A stretch of DNA of 64,000 nt from Pachysolen tannophilus NRRL Y-2460 (GCA_001661245.1 KV454014.1:62001-126000), one strand, 5' to 3'; shown: positions 48,753 through 60,215, numbered from the stretch's first letter. Notes: generated by a model from the sequence alone, not told the origin. Program-made: numbers and translations.

Positions 48753-49958
48753 TTAAGAAACCTGAACCATAACAACAGTTATATCATCATATTTCCCACC
48801 GGTATAAGCTTGTCCAGTTAGTTTTGATAATTCTTGAGCAAATACACTTGGATATTTATGGTCTCTACTTAACTTATTAACTTTTGTAACAAAATGTTTA
48901 TTAATTTTTAAAAGTGAAGTTTCATCTTCCACTTTATTTTCATTGAATTCATCCGTTAAGAAATTTGAAATATCATCAGTACAAACATTATCTGTAACAC
49001 CATCTGTGGCGAACATGATAATATCACCTTTTTGTAAATTAAATTGTTGATAATCTTGTGCATCTGATGGCTTATCTTGAATATATCTTTTCCCTTGCAG
49101 TTCAGAAGCTTCTAAGATAGATTTAGGAATTATTGATAATTGGTAAGGCGTATTAAAACCATGAGTTTGTTCTTTTGATTGGAAAATACAATTAAATCTA
49201 ATATCTCTATTATTTCCCAGATTTATAATTGGGCGAAATACACCAAACCATGAATCTCCTAAATTTGTTACATCCAATTTACCTTTTGAATTAATAGTAC
49301 CAAAACATATAGTAGTTCCACCAACTTGAACTTTTTCTTCTTTTAAAATTTCATTAAATGAAGATTCTAATAATTTCTTATTATCCCCATTATAATTTCC
49401 AATTTCAAAAAATTTCTTTAATTTTTCACATAATTCTCTTGAAATATATGAAGAATCATAACCTAATTCAGACCAACCCCCCACACCATCTGCCACACCA
49501 ATAATTATAGAATTTTCAAGATTATTAAATCCAATAACATAATTATCTTCACCTGTTGGAGATAAAGAACTTCCTAAATTTTTCCCCTGTTGTTGGAAAA
49601 AAGTACCTTTTTGTTCTGAATCTCTATCCTTTGGTTGATAAGCAATAGAAATATTATATTTGAAAAAAGAATCTAATAATTTACTTGAATTTGTTGATGA
49701 GCCGCTCGCTCCAGAAAATTTTGAAGAAGAAGAAGAGAAAAAAGCACGCTTCCAAACTAGCGTCGTTGAAGTGGTCCTACCCGTTGTAGTGGCCATAGCC
49801 ATAGCCATAGCTGTAATCCCTGCTGTAGCTCTCAAGTTAATTTTAGAAAAACCAACATATTGTCTACTCACTGATGATGCCATTGAAACCGAATTTGAAG
49901 AATAAGATAAAAAACGGTTCCCCGCCAAAAACTTTTTCCTCGTTGAACCGACAATCAT
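48753..49958 (-). CDS. PTC7: Mitochondrial PP2C phosphatase Ptc7
   Basis: Presequence-like N-terminus, AYQPKDR, SPTGEDN, GVADGVGGW, NLGDSW, FNTPYQLSIIP, ATDGVTDN, GGKYDDITVV. Confidence 0.95.
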   Translation of the reverse strand: MIVGSTRKKFLAGNRFLSYSSNSVSMASSVSRQYVGFSKINLRATAGITAMAMAMATTTGRTTSTTLVWKRAFFSSSSSKFSGASGSSTNSSKLLDSFFKYNISIAYQPKDRDSEQKGTFFQQQGKNLGSSLSPTGEDNYVIGFNNLENSIIIGVADGVGGWSELGYDSSYISRELCEKLKKFFEIGNYNGDNKKLLESSFNEILKEEKVQVGGTTICFGTINSKGKLDVTNLGDSWFGVFRPIINLGNNRDIRFNCIFQSKEQTHGFNTPYQLSIIPKSILEASELQGKRYIQDKPSDAQDYQQFNLQKGDIIMFATDGVTDNVCTDDISNFLTDEFNENKVEDETSLLKINKHFVTKVNKLSRDHKYPSVFAQELSKLTGQAYTGGKYDDITVVMVQVS

Positions 49959-50479
49959 TTTTTTTTTACTTAATTTTTATTCTCTTATTCTCTTTCTTTA
50001 AACGAATCCCCTCAACACCATTAAAGATTATATCAATGTGAACTAAAGGAGAAATTTAAAAATTATTCAACTTGTGTTTTTTTTACCAAAGTGAAAAAAT
50101 GGTCTTTAGTACTACGTTTGGTCAATCTTTACCATAATAGTAAAAGAAGACTTATTTAACCAAAGTTTTTGTGTTTCCCGTCCACGACCCGTCGAATTAT
50201 ATGGGTGAAGAAGTTATTATAAAGTAAGTTGGAAATGATTCTATAAAAGATTGAGAAAGTTTAGTTTTGCTTTTAATTGGGTTCTATGGTTTTGAGTTAA
50301 GATTCCAGTTATTTATTTATAGAATACATTGTTCATTATTTTTTTTTTTAGTAAAACGGAAATATCGAAAAAAATCTCTTTAAATGAAAAGAAAAGAAAA
50401 GAAAAGAAAAGAAAAAAAATGTAAAAAGAAAATATGATATAGTGAAAGGGAGGAGGAAAGCTTGTATTTTTTTTCTTGT

Positions 50480-50761
50480 TCAATTTTTCAAACCTTCAAC
50501 AGCACCCAAGATAACTTTAGCAAAGTCAATGTTTGGATCATCCAAGTTAAGTGAACCAATTGCTTCTGTCTTTGTCTCTGCTGGAGCATTCAATTTAGCA
50601 TACTCTGCCTTGGCCTCAGCAATCAACTTTTGCTTATGGGCATATTCCAGTTGTTCTTCTTTTTCCTTACCAGCAGACTTCAATACTTGGTTATGATAAA
50701 CACCGTAAACTACACCAGCAGCTAATGAAGACCATCTTAAAACGTTAAAAGTAGTTGACAT
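50480..50761 (-). CDS. TIM11: Mitochondrial F1Fo ATP synthase subunit e
   Basis: NVLRWSSL with GxxxG, KLIAEAKAEYAKL, NLDDPNIDFAKVILGAVE. Confidence 0.95.
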   Translation of the reverse strand: MSTTFNVLRWSSLAAGVVYGVYHNQVLKSAGKEKEEQLEYAHKQKLIAEAKAEYAKLNAPAETKTEAIGSLNLDDPNIDFAKVILGAVEGLKN

Positions 50762-51138
50762 TTTTTTTTCTTCTTTTTTTCTTTCTTTTTTTTTTCTGTT
50801 TTGTTTTGGTTTCCCCTTATATAATCTCTATTTTATATAATTGAAGAAATATATATAAAAATATATAATTTATTCCTAATTTACTTTTATCTTAAAAGGA
50901 TTTGATTTGATTAACTTTTGATGAATATTTATCAAATAATTCATCCACCTTAACAAATTACGGTACTTTTCCCTTCTTTTCCATACACTGAAAAATTAGA
51001 ATTGGTACTAAACCGCACGACCCCGCATTTTTCATTTGATTTTTTTAATTTTTTTTTAATTTTTTTCTTTTTGTCCGCGAAAAAAACAAAAAACAAAATA
51101 AAAAATTTAAAAAATTTAAAAAAAAAGTGAATTGAAAA

Positions 51139-51155
51139 TTACGTAATTTGATTGG
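51139..51155. promoter_or_regulatory. Adjacent bZIP site (TTACGTAA) and CCAAT box (TGATTGG) upstream of TIM11
   Basis: TTACGTAA-tt-TGATTGG about 380 bp upstream of the TIM11 ATG. Confidence 0.5.
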
Positions 51156-51219
51156 CTTATGAAAAAAGTATGTGTTGATACACTACTTTTGTGTTTTACT
51201 CTTATAGGGAAAATTATAC

Positions 51220-51394
51220 GGTGTAGGGTGTGTGTGTATATAAAAAAACAATGGTGTAGGAGGTAAATCAAGTGGTGCAAGTAGTGTAGGATGTAAAGAC
51301 TTTAGAGGTGTAGGGTGCTATTTAACATCCCACACCCGGTTTATAGTACACCCTACACCATTCAAATGTATTTACATACATAACACCCCACACC
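51220..51394. repeat. Array of seven GGTGTRGGRTG(T) motifs, four forward then three reversed
   Basis: Forward copies at 51220, 51253, 51283, 51307; reverse-complement copies at 51326, 51349, 51384. Confidence 0.85.
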
Positions 51395-51484
51395 GTGGTG
51401 TGAATTTATATTTATATATATATATATATATATATATAGAGCAAAGTTTAATTTTTTTTATTTTCTTTCCTTCTAGATTATGTT

Positions 51485-53542
51485 CTAATTAAACCCGTAT
51501 TCATCACCTAATCTAGCATCTAACTCATCAATTTCTTTACTCAAGTCATTAAGATTCAATTCCAAGCTTTTCAAGTCATCAAATTTTCTCTTTTTCTTAC
51601 TACTGGAAATCATTTCTTCAACTAAAAATTTTTGCTCTTTTAAAACCATTAATTTTTCACGGCTCAGTCTTATTTCCAGTTTAGTCAATTTTGGCTTAGT
51701 TATAATTGTTTTCACATTAGAAATTTCATTCTCTATATCTGGTCTTTGTTTAGTCATTGTTGGTATATTTTGAAATGCAATCATGTTTTCTTGTAAAAAT
51801 AATACAGCTACTGAATATATGGATTTCTCTAATTTTAATTCATCATTTGAAATATTATGCAGTTTTTCATCTTCAACAATTTTATGATGTAACTTCTTGG
51901 AAATTGAATCCAATTTGGTGAAAAGATCTTTTAATGCAACCCTTTGTCTTGATATTTCTTGAATAATTTCATGATTATTATTTAATTTGTTCATTGTATC
52001 TTCATGAGTTTTTTCATTTTTAGTATTATCTAAATTATTTAATTTAATTATTGATTTTTTAAAAATTGGAAGTAATTGTTCAATTTTAATTTTATAAATT
52101 AATATGGTATCATAAATTCTTAATGTTTCAGATTTTTCACCATTAACATCTTTCAAGAAAAGTTTTTTACCAAACATTGATTTTTTACAATTAAGACATA
52201 TCCTAATAGGTTTGTCCTGTTGTTCAGGTAATGGCAGGTAATAATTGGTACCCTTTAACTGAAATTGATCTTGCTCTTGTACCTGTTGGACCTGTTGGAC
52301 CTGTTGCTTCAGATCAGTTAAACCAATTGATAAATACTGCATCAAAATATTTATTGGAACCTCCATTGAACACCCATTCTCTAAATTTCCACAAACAACT
52401 TCACCACATAATCTACAATGATGTTTCCTCATCATGGCAAAATTAAACTTATTGTTGCATATAGTGCAAAATTTATGCTCTTTATCATTCTCCCAATTGA
52501 CAACTGACATTTCAAAATTTTTAAAATTAAATGATAATACATTACCATTTTTTTCCTTTTGGAAAAAATAATAAAATTTTAATAATCTTCTTTCTAATAT
52601 ATTTATTTGTAAATCTTTTTCTTGATTAATTTTTTGTCTCATTTGTTTAAATAAATCAGTTAAATCTCTAGTATAGGCTAAATCATTATAATGCGGTTTA
52701 TTTTCAAAACATAGTTGACAAGATCTTACCATAACACCATTAATAGAATCATATTGTAAATCTTTATTTATCTTAACTCTAAAGAAAGCATGTTCATTGC
52801 AAAAAAGATTACCACATTTCCTACAATTAACAATTCCATTTTTAATGTTCAAATTTTTAAAACAATTCTCCATGTGACAAATATCATGTCCTGTTTGCTT
52901 TTTCCAATGTGTCTTGGGAATCTCTATTGCTAAATTTTGTTGTTCTCCAACTGAACTTGACCCATCATTAACTATACTATATGTAAAATTTTTATCATTA
53001 TCAAAAACATCAAGTTTTACCAAATTTCTAGTGGGACTTCTAACATTCCCTAAACTTCCTCCTATACTTATTACATCACTTGCTTTCCCAATAACTTTTT
53101 TCTTAAACCAACTTTTCAAATCTTCATCAAAATTATTAACAGGCTCAAATGATTGGTGTTCATCATCAAGATGTCTATTCAATTGGTTAAGAGTAACCAT
53201 CTTCTCATTACAAATCGGACATATCAAATTCAAATCTTCATGTAAATTCATGGAAGGCTCCACTAACAGTGATTGTGACGGTTGTTGCTGATCAAACGAG
53301 GAAAGAGACAGTGAAGTGGAAGAATCACTAACTGACTGTTCGTTTATAGAATCATGGATCTTAAGGAATTGGTGCAGTGACGATGACAGCGGCTGTCCTT
53401 GTGTTAACAGCGATCGACTATTTACCCCATTCAAATTAGTGGCATCTGAAGCTACTGGACTAGATGTAGAGACAGGTTTCCCTAAAACCCTCTGCCTATG
53501 CGTGGATCTATCATTACTCCTATTATTGTTGTCAGTACTCAT
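51485..53542 (-). CDS. PEP7: Rab5 effector Pep7/Vac1 (rabenosyn family)
   Basis: C2H2 finger CPICNEKMVTLNQLNRHLDDEH, two FYVE-type fingers (NCRKCG..FCNEH; RKHHCRLCGEVVC), C-terminal REKLMVLKEQKFLVEEM...LGDEYGFN. First ATG at 53542. Confidence 0.93.
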   Translation of the reverse strand: MSTDNNNRSNDRSTHRQRVLGKPVSTSSPVASDATNLNGVNSRSLLTQGQPLSSSLHQFLKIHDSINEQSVSDSSTSLSLSSFDQQQPSQSLLVEPSMNLHEDLNLICPICNEKMVTLNQLNRHLDDEHQSFEPVNNFDEDLKSWFKKKVIGKASDVISIGGSLGNVRSPTRNLVKLDVFDNDKNFTYSIVNDGSSSVGEQQNLAIEIPKTHWKKQTGHDICHMENCFKNLNIKNGIVNCRKCGNLFCNEHAFFRVKINKDLQYDSINGVMVRSCQLCFENKPHYNDLAYTRDLTDLFKQMRQKINQEKDLQINILERRLLKFYYFFQKEKNGNVLSFNFKNFEMSVVNWENDKEHKFCTICNNKFNFAMMRKHHCRLCGEVVCGNLENGCSMEVPINILMQYLSIGLTDLKQQVQQVQQVQEQDQFQLKGTNYYLPLPEQQDKPIRICLNCKKSMFGKKLFLKDVNGEKSETLRIYDTILIYKIKIEQLLPIFKKSIIKLNNLDNTKNEKTHEDTMNKLNNNHEIIQEISRQRVALKDLFTKLDSISKKLHHKIVEDEKLHNISNDELKLEKSIYSVAVLFLQENMIAFQNIPTMTKQRPDIENEISNVKTIITKPKLTKLEIRLSREKLMVLKEQKFLVEEMISSSKKKRKFDDLKSLELNLNDLSKEIDELDARLGDEYGFN

Positions 53543-53957
53543 ACTAATTAAATGCTTCTTTAATACCGGTTTCCCCCTAATAAAATAAAATAAAAAAAAA
53601 AAAAAAAAAAAAAAAAAAAGAAAAAGAAGCACAAAAACTATTATTCAAATATTTTATCAAGTTTCATTCACAATCTTCTCTTCACAATACTATTATCGTC
53701 AACTCTCAACTCTCAACACATATTCATTAATCTACAATATAGTTAGTTATCTATTTAATATATCATCAACTCCTGATATGGTTTACAAAACACAAAGTCG
53801 TGTATGTTAGAAGTAGTACTATCAAAGTGATTTGGTTAGTAACCATCTAGAGATGGTAAAATGCTACGAGAATGGATTAATTTGAGACGAAATTAATGTT
53901 GGAACCGCTATGGAGGTTCTAAGGTATTATATTCTCTGAGATAATTTGAAAGATCTT

Positions 53958-56267
53958 CTATACAATTTGTTCTGGATTTCTCGGTGGGAATTCATATAGC
54001 TTGTAGTAATCTATTAGACGGCCATTCAAGTTACCTTCGCCTCTAATTGGTAACTTGATTAAAGTTCTCAAATTGTAGCTCTCATCTTCGTCTTTGATGA
54101 ACCAAAAATCTAACAAGTTTTGAGCTACACCATAATTTGTTTCGTGGACATGTGTCTTATATTTTGCCAGATCATTCATTGTAATGAAAAATTGATCAAT
54201 ACCCAATAATTTTAATATTGAAGAACGAGCTAATATTGTTGAGCAACATGAAGCAATGTTTAAATGGCGATGGTTGTGGTTGTGATTGTGATTGTGATTA
54301 TTATTAGCTGCATTTGTACCGTTCGTAGGGGATTGCTGTGAGTGTTGAGCACCAGGACCTGAAGTTGTGCCACCACTGGTGATAATATCATCTTCACCTG
54401 TAGAATCCTCATCATGTAAATATTCAGAAGGAACACTCGAATAAAATGGGTTAACTACATTACCATGAGGATCACGATCAGCTGTATGCATATTTTTGGC
54501 TTCCCATGTCGTTAACCCAGTACAAATTTGAAATATTTGTCCAATATTTAATAATGTTAACCAAATACATTGAATAACACAGAAAACACTTAAATTGAAA
54601 ATAAATGATTCTTGTTGGAAACCTTTACATAAACTATCAGATAAAATTGAACATGTATATTCGGTTTCATTACCAAAATTATCAAAAACTTTTTGATTAG
54701 GAATTTTATCAAAATGAGAATTCACCAATGATAAAAACAGTATTATAGAAACTTCGAGTGATAAAATAAACGTTATAAATAATTTATGATTTCTTACACC
54801 AACATCGTTATAAATCCAAGGACAATAATGATCAAATTTGGCCACTAATGCTTTCCCAAAAGATGAATATCTTGATCTTAAAGGTTTTCTAATAAATGTC
54901 TTTATGCAAAAATTATTAGAATCATATTTTTTCAAATATAATAAATTGATAATAGAAGATTGAATATCTTCCCTTTTAGATGGTATGGGTATATAACCTG
55001 GATTAATAAACATTGATTTGAAAAACGTTGATAATGATAAAGTAGCTCCTATTAAAAATAATACATTCATAAAGATATGATTTTCAAAAGTTGTTGGTAA
55101 TACGAAAACAAACCATACTATTATTACCCAAAATGAAGTACCTGAAAAGAGACCTGAAAAATATGGAGTTCTTAATAATGGATTTGAATGATTATTATAA
55201 ATGGGTACAATTAATTTAAGCATTGCAAAATGTTGTAAAAATAAAATTAAAAATGCTATTATAGCTTTTGGAATACCAAAACCTTTTGAAAATGTTAATA
55301 TTTTAAAAGCAAGAGGGAAAGAAGCATAAGGTAATAAAAAAGTTATAATTTTTGCAGTTTTAGAACTTAATTTATAATTAATTTTATTTCCAGCTTTATT
55401 ATAACCTGCTTCTTTCAACGCCATGTAAAGCTTATCTGAACAATTCATATCAATAGCAATATCAAAACAATTTTTACCTTCATTATTTCGAAGATTAATA
55501 TCACCTCCTGCTTCAATTAAATTTATCATTATTGATTTAACACCTCTAATCAATGACCAATGTAAAGGTGTAAACCCAGCTTCATCAATCTTTGTTACAT
55601 CTGCACCATTTTTAAGTAATACATCACAACTTAAAGAATCTCCCTGATATGCAGCCCAATGTAAAGCTGTTCTTGATGAAGGATCTGTCGAATCAACTGG
55701 AATATCAGTAAAATTCAACAAATAAATTATTGCCATCACATTCGAAGAATGTGTTGCTAAATGCAAGCAATTAAAACCTTGTGAATCTTTTAAAGATGGA
55801 TTAGCCTTACACTCTCTAATTAAAAAATCAGCAATATAAACCAATCCATAACGACATGCCCAATGTAAAGGCGTTGCATTCAAAACACCACCTCTAGAAT
55901 TTGGATCAGCACCTTTTGACACTAAATATTTCACAACACTTAATCTATTATTTATCGACGCCCAATGTAATCCTGTAACATTTTCCGTATCATGATCATC
56001 AACAGAAACCGTAGATGATTCAATCAACTCTCTAATGGTCTTCAAATCTCCCTTTTGACAAGCCGCCATATAATCCGCAATAACAGGATCATCCACACCT
56101 AAACTTTCATCTTGCTCATTACTGAAATCTCTATTATTAACAGCAGTAGTACTGCTTATTGATTCTAAATCAGAACCTTCATTAATATCATCATCACTAT
56201 TTTTTGTATGTGTACTTCTCAAGGTCTCCAATTCATTTGTTTCTCGACCAACTTGTTCTTCACTCAT
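53958..56267 (-). CDS. AKR1: Palmitoyltransferase Akr1
   Basis: N-terminal ankyrin repeats (TGLHWASINNR, TPLHWACRYG, TALHWAAYQGD), transmembrane segments and the Akr1-type DHYC motif (KFDHYCPWIYNDVGVRNHK). Confidence 0.95.
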   Translation of the reverse strand: MSEEQVGRETNELETLRSTHTKNSDDDINEGSDLESISSTTAVNNRDFSNEQDESLGVDDPVIADYMAACQKGDLKTIRELIESSTVSVDDHDTENVTGLHWASINNRLSVVKYLVSKGADPNSRGGVLNATPLHWACRYGLVYIADFLIRECKANPSLKDSQGFNCLHLATHSSNVMAIIYLLNFTDIPVDSTDPSSRTALHWAAYQGDSLSCDVLLKNGADVTKIDEAGFTPLHWSLIRGVKSIMINLIEAGGDINLRNNEGKNCFDIAIDMNCSDKLYMALKEAGYNKAGNKINYKLSSKTAKIITFLLPYASFPLAFKILTFSKGFGIPKAIIAFLILFLQHFAMLKLIVPIYNNHSNPLLRTPYFSGLFSGTSFWVIIVWFVFVLPTTFENHIFMNVLFLIGATLSLSTFFKSMFINPGYIPIPSKREDIQSSIINLLYLKKYDSNNFCIKTFIRKPLRSRYSSFGKALVAKFDHYCPWIYNDVGVRNHKLFITFILSLEVSIILFLSLVNSHFDKIPNQKVFDNFGNETEYTCSILSDSLCKGFQQESFIFNLSVFCVIQCIWLTLLNIGQIFQICTGLTTWEAKNMHTADRDPHGNVVNPFYSSVPSEYLHDEDSTGEDDIITSGGTTSGPGAQHSQQSPTNGTNAANNNHNHNHNHNHRHLNIASCCSTILARSSILKLLGIDQFFITMNDLAKYKTHVHETNYGVAQNLLDFWFIKDEDESYNLRTLIKLPIRGEGNLNGRLIDYYKLYEFPPRNPEQIV

Positions 56268-56572
56268 ATTGTTTCTTACACTTCTGTCACTAACTGACTA
56301 ACTCACTTCTCCTATTACTATACCAACGATATATATGGTCCGTTTCTATAATTATTCAAATGTATTATAGTGATAACTAATCCTTTTACCTAACAACTTC
56401 TTTGACTTTGCCCCAAACAAAAAAACAGAAAACAAATAAAAAAAAAAAAGGTGTTTTCGCGCAGGTGATGATTTTAGGCCAGTTCACCGAAGAAAGTTGA
56501 CTACGAGAACCAAATGAATATGGGAAATAACAATTAAAATATCTATAAAATGACACTATATAGGATGGAAGG

Positions 56573-59500
56573 CTAATCTTTGATTCCTTTTAAAACTATA
56601 TTTTTAATTCTATCCTTTTCAGAACGTTGTTTTATACCTTCTCTCATGATTTTACTGGCAAATTTTTCATCGTTTGAAAGTTCGACTTTTGTTGATACTA
56701 ATCTCTTATTCTTTGAGTTTCTGGTGACAAAAGTGAAAGCTACTGAGCTATTGGCATCGTCGAGTTTTTGGTTGCTGTTATTGTTTGGGTATAGCATGGA
56801 TTTTGATGGCACTGGTGCATTGAATTTATGTTTTTCCAATTTTCTATTTTCCATACTTTGAACAATCATTCTATCAAACTCTCTTTGCAACTCCTCTTCT
56901 ATTTTCCTGTCGTGTTCTTCTTGTAGTTTGAGCTCATACTTGTCATTTATCAGGTTTTCCTTTTCTTCTTCAAGCTCATCTTCCTCGTAGTCATCGTCGT
57001 CAATATAATTTCCTGTCTCGCCGTCTTCGTCGACTTCTGTCTTTGCATCTTCTTCTTCGTCTTCTTCCTCAGAATCTACTTCTTCGTCTTCTTCTTCTTC
57101 GTCATCTTCTTCTTCACCTTCATCATCTTCGTCTTCATCGTCATCTTCTTCATCTTCGTAATCATCTTCATCTTGGTAATCTTCTTCTTCTTCTTCCCCA
57201 TCTTCTTCTATATCTTCATCTTCTGCTATGTCCATCCCGGATTCTTCCTCTTCTTCCCCAACGTTATTCAACTTCATAGTTGTCAAGATCTCTTGTAAAT
57301 TTTGAACAGCCTCTTGCAAACTATTTGCTTTCTGGAATTCTGGTTTAACTTTCAGATACATTTGAATAATTTTAAATGAAGTGTCCATTGGTATTGGGTG
57401 AACCTTGGTCCAACAATAATAGTCAAAATAATATAAAAATAATTCAATTTTTTCTCTTTGAGTTTTAGTGGTAATCGTCATATCAACAATGCTTAATATG
57501 ACACAGCATAACTGAATTCTAAAATAATCATCTGGAGGATCCAATTCAGTCATTTGGTTTGGCATTGGGTTATTATTCAAATGACCAAAACAGAGTAGCT
57601 TGTACAAGACTGTGATGATAACATTCATATTAATCAAGCGATTGTTAAATAATTCAGATAAATATTTCACATCAGCAACTCTTTTCCTATTAATTCTGTA
57701 ATCATTGATTTCTAACCCTCTTTGAATATTTTCAATTACAGAATCTATTACATAGGTAAGTAACGATTTCGAACTTTTTGATAATTCTTTTACAATCTTT
57801 GCCAAATAAACAATATTTTCGTAATTTACCTTATCTGGAGATGTTAAAAGATCTATCAATAAAGTGAGATATTTTGATTCAGGGTCATTTCTCCAATCAA
57901 ATTTTTTTAATAACGATAAAATTTTTGATAGATTTTCCTTGTTTAATTCTTGCCTTATTAATCTTTTCAAAAACATTTCTTCTAAAGATAAATTGTCATC
58001 AGTTTTATTATCAAGAGATTTAGACGATATTGGCTTCACCGTTAAAAGCATAGTGTCAAGTGAATATCTTTCATTGACTGAAAGTTTCTCCTTCATTCTT
58101 TTAGCTGCCAAGAGCTCCAACATCTCAGAAAATAACTTTTCATATTCTTGATCATGTAATAAGAATCGACCACAATTTTCAAATAATATACCTAAAATTT
58201 CAATATTATTCTTAGTTGTAATGTTTAAGATCAAACTTCTAATTTTATGAAACAAAATATGGATCGGCACCAATTTAAATTTTATGAATTCGCAAAAAAA
58301 TATAATATTCTTCACATTTAATTTATTATTATGAATTTGCGATCGAAAACCTTTATCAAGATATTCAATAATTTCATCTTTCAAATCGGTTAAATAGGCT
58401 TTGTTAATAGCAATAAACCTAGCATAATATTTAGTTTTTGACAAATCTTGATTCTCAATGAAAGCTTTGAACAATCTGTTTCTAGAAGCTTTATTATTCA
58501 ATTTCATATACCAAAAATCGTAAACAATATTATCTGTATCTTTCTGAGTAGTACAATTATCTAATTGCTCCAAAAATTTATTCATTCTCTCACCCATACT
58601 TAGTTCGTTTCCAATTTGTTCACTGCTCTCTAAGTTAGTATTATTAATTTCAGGTTTAAAATTTAAAATTTCCAGAGAAACTGTTTGTGATATATCTGGA
58701 ATCTCTGTATAAAATTTTTTCATTTCATCAGTTCCCCATATTAATAGTTCATCGTTATTGATTGAAGAATTGTTGGTATTTTTAACTAGTTCCGTTATAA
58801 TAGATGAGTGCTCTGTTGCTATTTTCTCATCAGCCAAATCAGGCATATCAATTCCAAATAATTCACTTAAATATTCAGAACCATTCTTAAATTTTTCAAA
58901 AAGTTTTTCCAAATCTTCAATCTCTATTTCCAAACCTTCTACAACCTTCCCTGTTTTTAAAGCTATTTGTCTATTTTTATCTGTTTTATAAGTGATTGTT
59001 TCCTTCAACTGTTCAGTTCTTGTGATAATGAGTTGAGTATATGATTTAAACAAATCCAATAAAGATTTTTTCAAATCTGGATTCATAAAAGTATAATCAT
59101 CATCAAGGATAAATGTAGAATATTTTTTCAAATATGTAGTAACTAAGGAAATTGTTAATCCCGACTTCACATTATAATTTAAGATTTCTTTTAATACCAG
59201 TAATAATAGTGGTTCATATATTCCTCTATCCAATTTTCTAGTGATAAAATCAGGTAAATCAACATTCAGACAACATACTTCAACATTTCTAAATATTCCA
59301 ACAAAATAAAATTCTGTTAATAACCTTAATAATATTTTTTGTTTATTAAGTCTCGCTATATCTTCCTTTTCAGTTTTGTTGTTTTCCAGTGAATTAGATG
59401 TTATTACTTGTGTTATTGTCTGACTCTTTGGAGGATTAGCAATACTAAATAAAAAATTACTCATTAAAAATGGAGTAAATCTATAACTAAACCTTTGATG

Positions 59501-59915
59501 CAAAACTGAAATAATCTCCACTGCCGCTATAACATCATTTGTATTCTTACATTTCAATAAACCTTCAGTAACTGCGCTAACCACTTCCGAAAGATATTTC
59601 TCCAATGAAGTAGCAGAAATATCTTTTAATAACGATTTTTCAGAATCATGATTTAGTACTCTAATTTTCTTGATCAAAGCTGTATTTTTCTTCAAACTCG
59701 AATCCAATTTCCCCAAGTTAATGACATTATCTCCATCCCATGCTCTTACATTTAATTCCAATAACTTTTTTCTCCTCTCATTAAAATCCTAAAATTATAT
59801 TAAAGTTTGGTCAGTATCTTCAAGTTCTCAAACCATTTCAAAAAAAAAAGAAACAATCATTTGTTTGTTTGTTTTTTTCCTTTTTTTCCTTTTTTTCAAT
59901 ACTTACTTCTGACAT
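56573..59915 (-). CDS. NMD2: Nonsense-mediated decay factor Nmd2/Upf2; 2 exons (59915-59907, 59788-56573), 1074 aa
   Basis: KLDSSLKKNTA.IKK, MIF4G repeats, DPPDDYFRIQL, acidic tail. The true start is a 9-nt exon (ATG TCA GAA) followed by intron 59906-59789 (GTAAGT...TACTGAC...TAG), in frame with DFNERRKKLLELNVRAW. Confidence 0.95.
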
Positions 59916-60215
59916 TATATTTCCAATATCAACATTAAACTGATGCTAATGGAACTTCTTATAGCTCTTCTTCATCGTTTTATTTAATAAATTAAAAGAT
60001 GATGATGTTAATACATTTGATTCCAGGAAAAAAAGAATCACCAAAAGACAGGTCGTGCGCTCCATTACAAATACATTTTTCCCACCAATTGATGGTGAAG
60101 AAGTTCATTTATTCATATTAAAACCGACGAAAATACGAGATTACGATATATATATATATACAGATATAGAAATGGGGGGAGAGAAAAAGAAGGGGAAGCT
60201 ATGTGTTAAGATAGA

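Noticed and set aside
49810..49875. Possible counterpart of the alternatively spliced S. cerevisiae PTC7 intron (GTGAGT on the minus strand with AATTAAC and downstream AGs)
   Set aside because: Weak branch point, nearby acceptors give lengths of 41-61 nt that are not multiples of three, and the segment encodes no transmembrane helix.
51220..51394. CRISPR-like repeat-spacer array
   Set aside because: Eukaryotic context, repeats only 11-12 bp, irregular spacers, mixed orientation and no cas genes. Kept as a motif array instead.
53543..53632. N-terminal extension of PEP7 (MLLFLFFFFF...)
   Set aside because: Translation of a poly(A/T) tract from a GTG start; the first ATG is at 53542.
53770..53830. 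snR30/U17-like 3' hairpin (AAACCAT m2-like motif on the minus strand)
   Set aside because: The m1 motif is a poor match, no ACA box follows, and there are under 200 nt before the AKR1 stop.
56465..56570. Box C-like GTGATGA between AKR1 and NMD2
   Set aside because: No box D (CTGA), terminal stem or recognisable rRNA guide.
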